DNA of 64,000 nt. It comes from a virus. The stretch is taken from positions 32,001 through 96,000 of the IMG/VR virus record IMGVR_UViG_3300021429_002604. One strand, written 5' to 3'. Shown one piece after another: positions 63,584 through 64,000 of this stretch; the first letter of the stretch is position 1, and each line of letters starts with the position of its first letter. The notes beneath the pieces were generated by a model. That model had not been told where the DNA came from and made no database searches. It saw only the letters and a list, made by a program, of their open reading frames with translations. The position numbers were made by a program, and so were the translations under genes.

Positions 63584-64000
63584 ATGTCAGGAACACAGAA
63601 TACAATAAGTTCTTTAGTAGCACAATTTTTAAGACTCCAGAAAAATTCATTAGAAATTATCAATGGATTAAATGAAGTTGCAGTTTCTACTAACAAAACC
63701 GTAAGTATAGAGGTTCTGGATGAACAGGGACTACCCAAGAATGCAAACGTGCCTTCTTATGGATATCTAAGTGGAGAAATTCAAAGACTAGATAACAACA
63801 TAAAAGCTCTTGCAGGAATTGGAGACACTTCAGCAACTGTTAGAAATCCAGATGGAACATACTCTCAGGTTTTCAAATACGAGACTTTAAAGGAACCACC
63901 CAGATTAACTAATTTGGCTGTTCCTAGCACTTTTGGTGTTAAGGATAATTGGTTTTTTGAAAGTTTTCTAAGTCCTCTTCTTTATGTGAATATTAACGTC
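63584..64000 (+). CDS. 5' part of a putative structural protein running off the window
   Basis: ATG at 63584 (MSGTQNTISSLVAQFLRLQKNSLEII...), open to the end of the window; absent from the ORF track because it has no stop. Confidence 0.75.
   Translation, partial: MSGTQNTISSLVAQFLRLQKNSLEIINGLNEVAVSTNKTVSIEVLDEQGLPKNANVPSYGYLSGEIQRLDNNIKALAGIGDTSATVRNPDGTYSQVFKYETLKEPPRLTNLAVPSTFGVKDNWFFESFLSPLLYVNINV

Noticed and set aside
349-63650. Many short antisense or alternate-frame ORFs in the track (e.g. 349..567, 1675..2010, 4335..4685, 5532..5885, 28494..28919, 36901..37380, 60209..60538)
   Set aside because: They overlap well-supported genes, have no recognisable motifs, and are explained as shadows of biased codon usage or repeats.
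1-64000. Alternative genetic code (stop-codon reassignment as in some Bacteroidota jumbo phages)
   Set aside because: Genes are full-length under code 11, and TAG (e.g. 6915, 11783) and TGA (26077) end genes at expected positions.
1-64000. tRNA, rRNA, introns, inteins, homing endonucleases, transposases
   Set aside because: None recognised by eye; intergenic gaps are short and conserved genes are uninterrupted. tRNAscan-SE and Infernal were not run, so small RNAs cannot be excluded.

Overview
This AT-rich, almost entirely plus-strand window comes from a large T4-like (contractile-tail) jumbo bacteriophage and translates well with the standard code. TAnnTTTG promoter elements and A-rich leaders without Shine-Dalgarno sites point to a Bacteroidota host. 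In order, it carries: two tandem full-length portal paralogues; an HldE-type heptose kinase; a replication/repair block (ligase, clamp loader, guanylate kinase, RNase H, degenerate UvsE, 3'-5' exonuclease); a nucleotidyltransferase; a prohead protease-scaffold fusion; the major capsid protein; a family of putative internal head proteins sharing an N-terminal targeting-like motif; an NMP kinase plus AsnB pair; a Nudix hydrolase; baseplate and tail genes; a ribosomal-S1-like protein; an amidoligase-like protein; neck and wedge genes; PhoH; and further virion genes. Highlights are (1) a putative virion O-glycosylation cassette (Thr-tract proteins, methyltransferase, HPAT/SERGT-like glycosyltransferase, and G-x-T-G motifs across virion proteins), (2) a probable nested scaffold gene with its own internal promoter inside the protease gene, (3) a capsid-targeting-like motif family that includes a nucleotidyltransferase, (4) duplicated portals with identical C-terminal tails, and (5) three distinct promoter classes. 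No tRNA, rRNA, CRISPR array or mobile element was recognised. All family calls rest on motifs recognised by eye; no database search was run.
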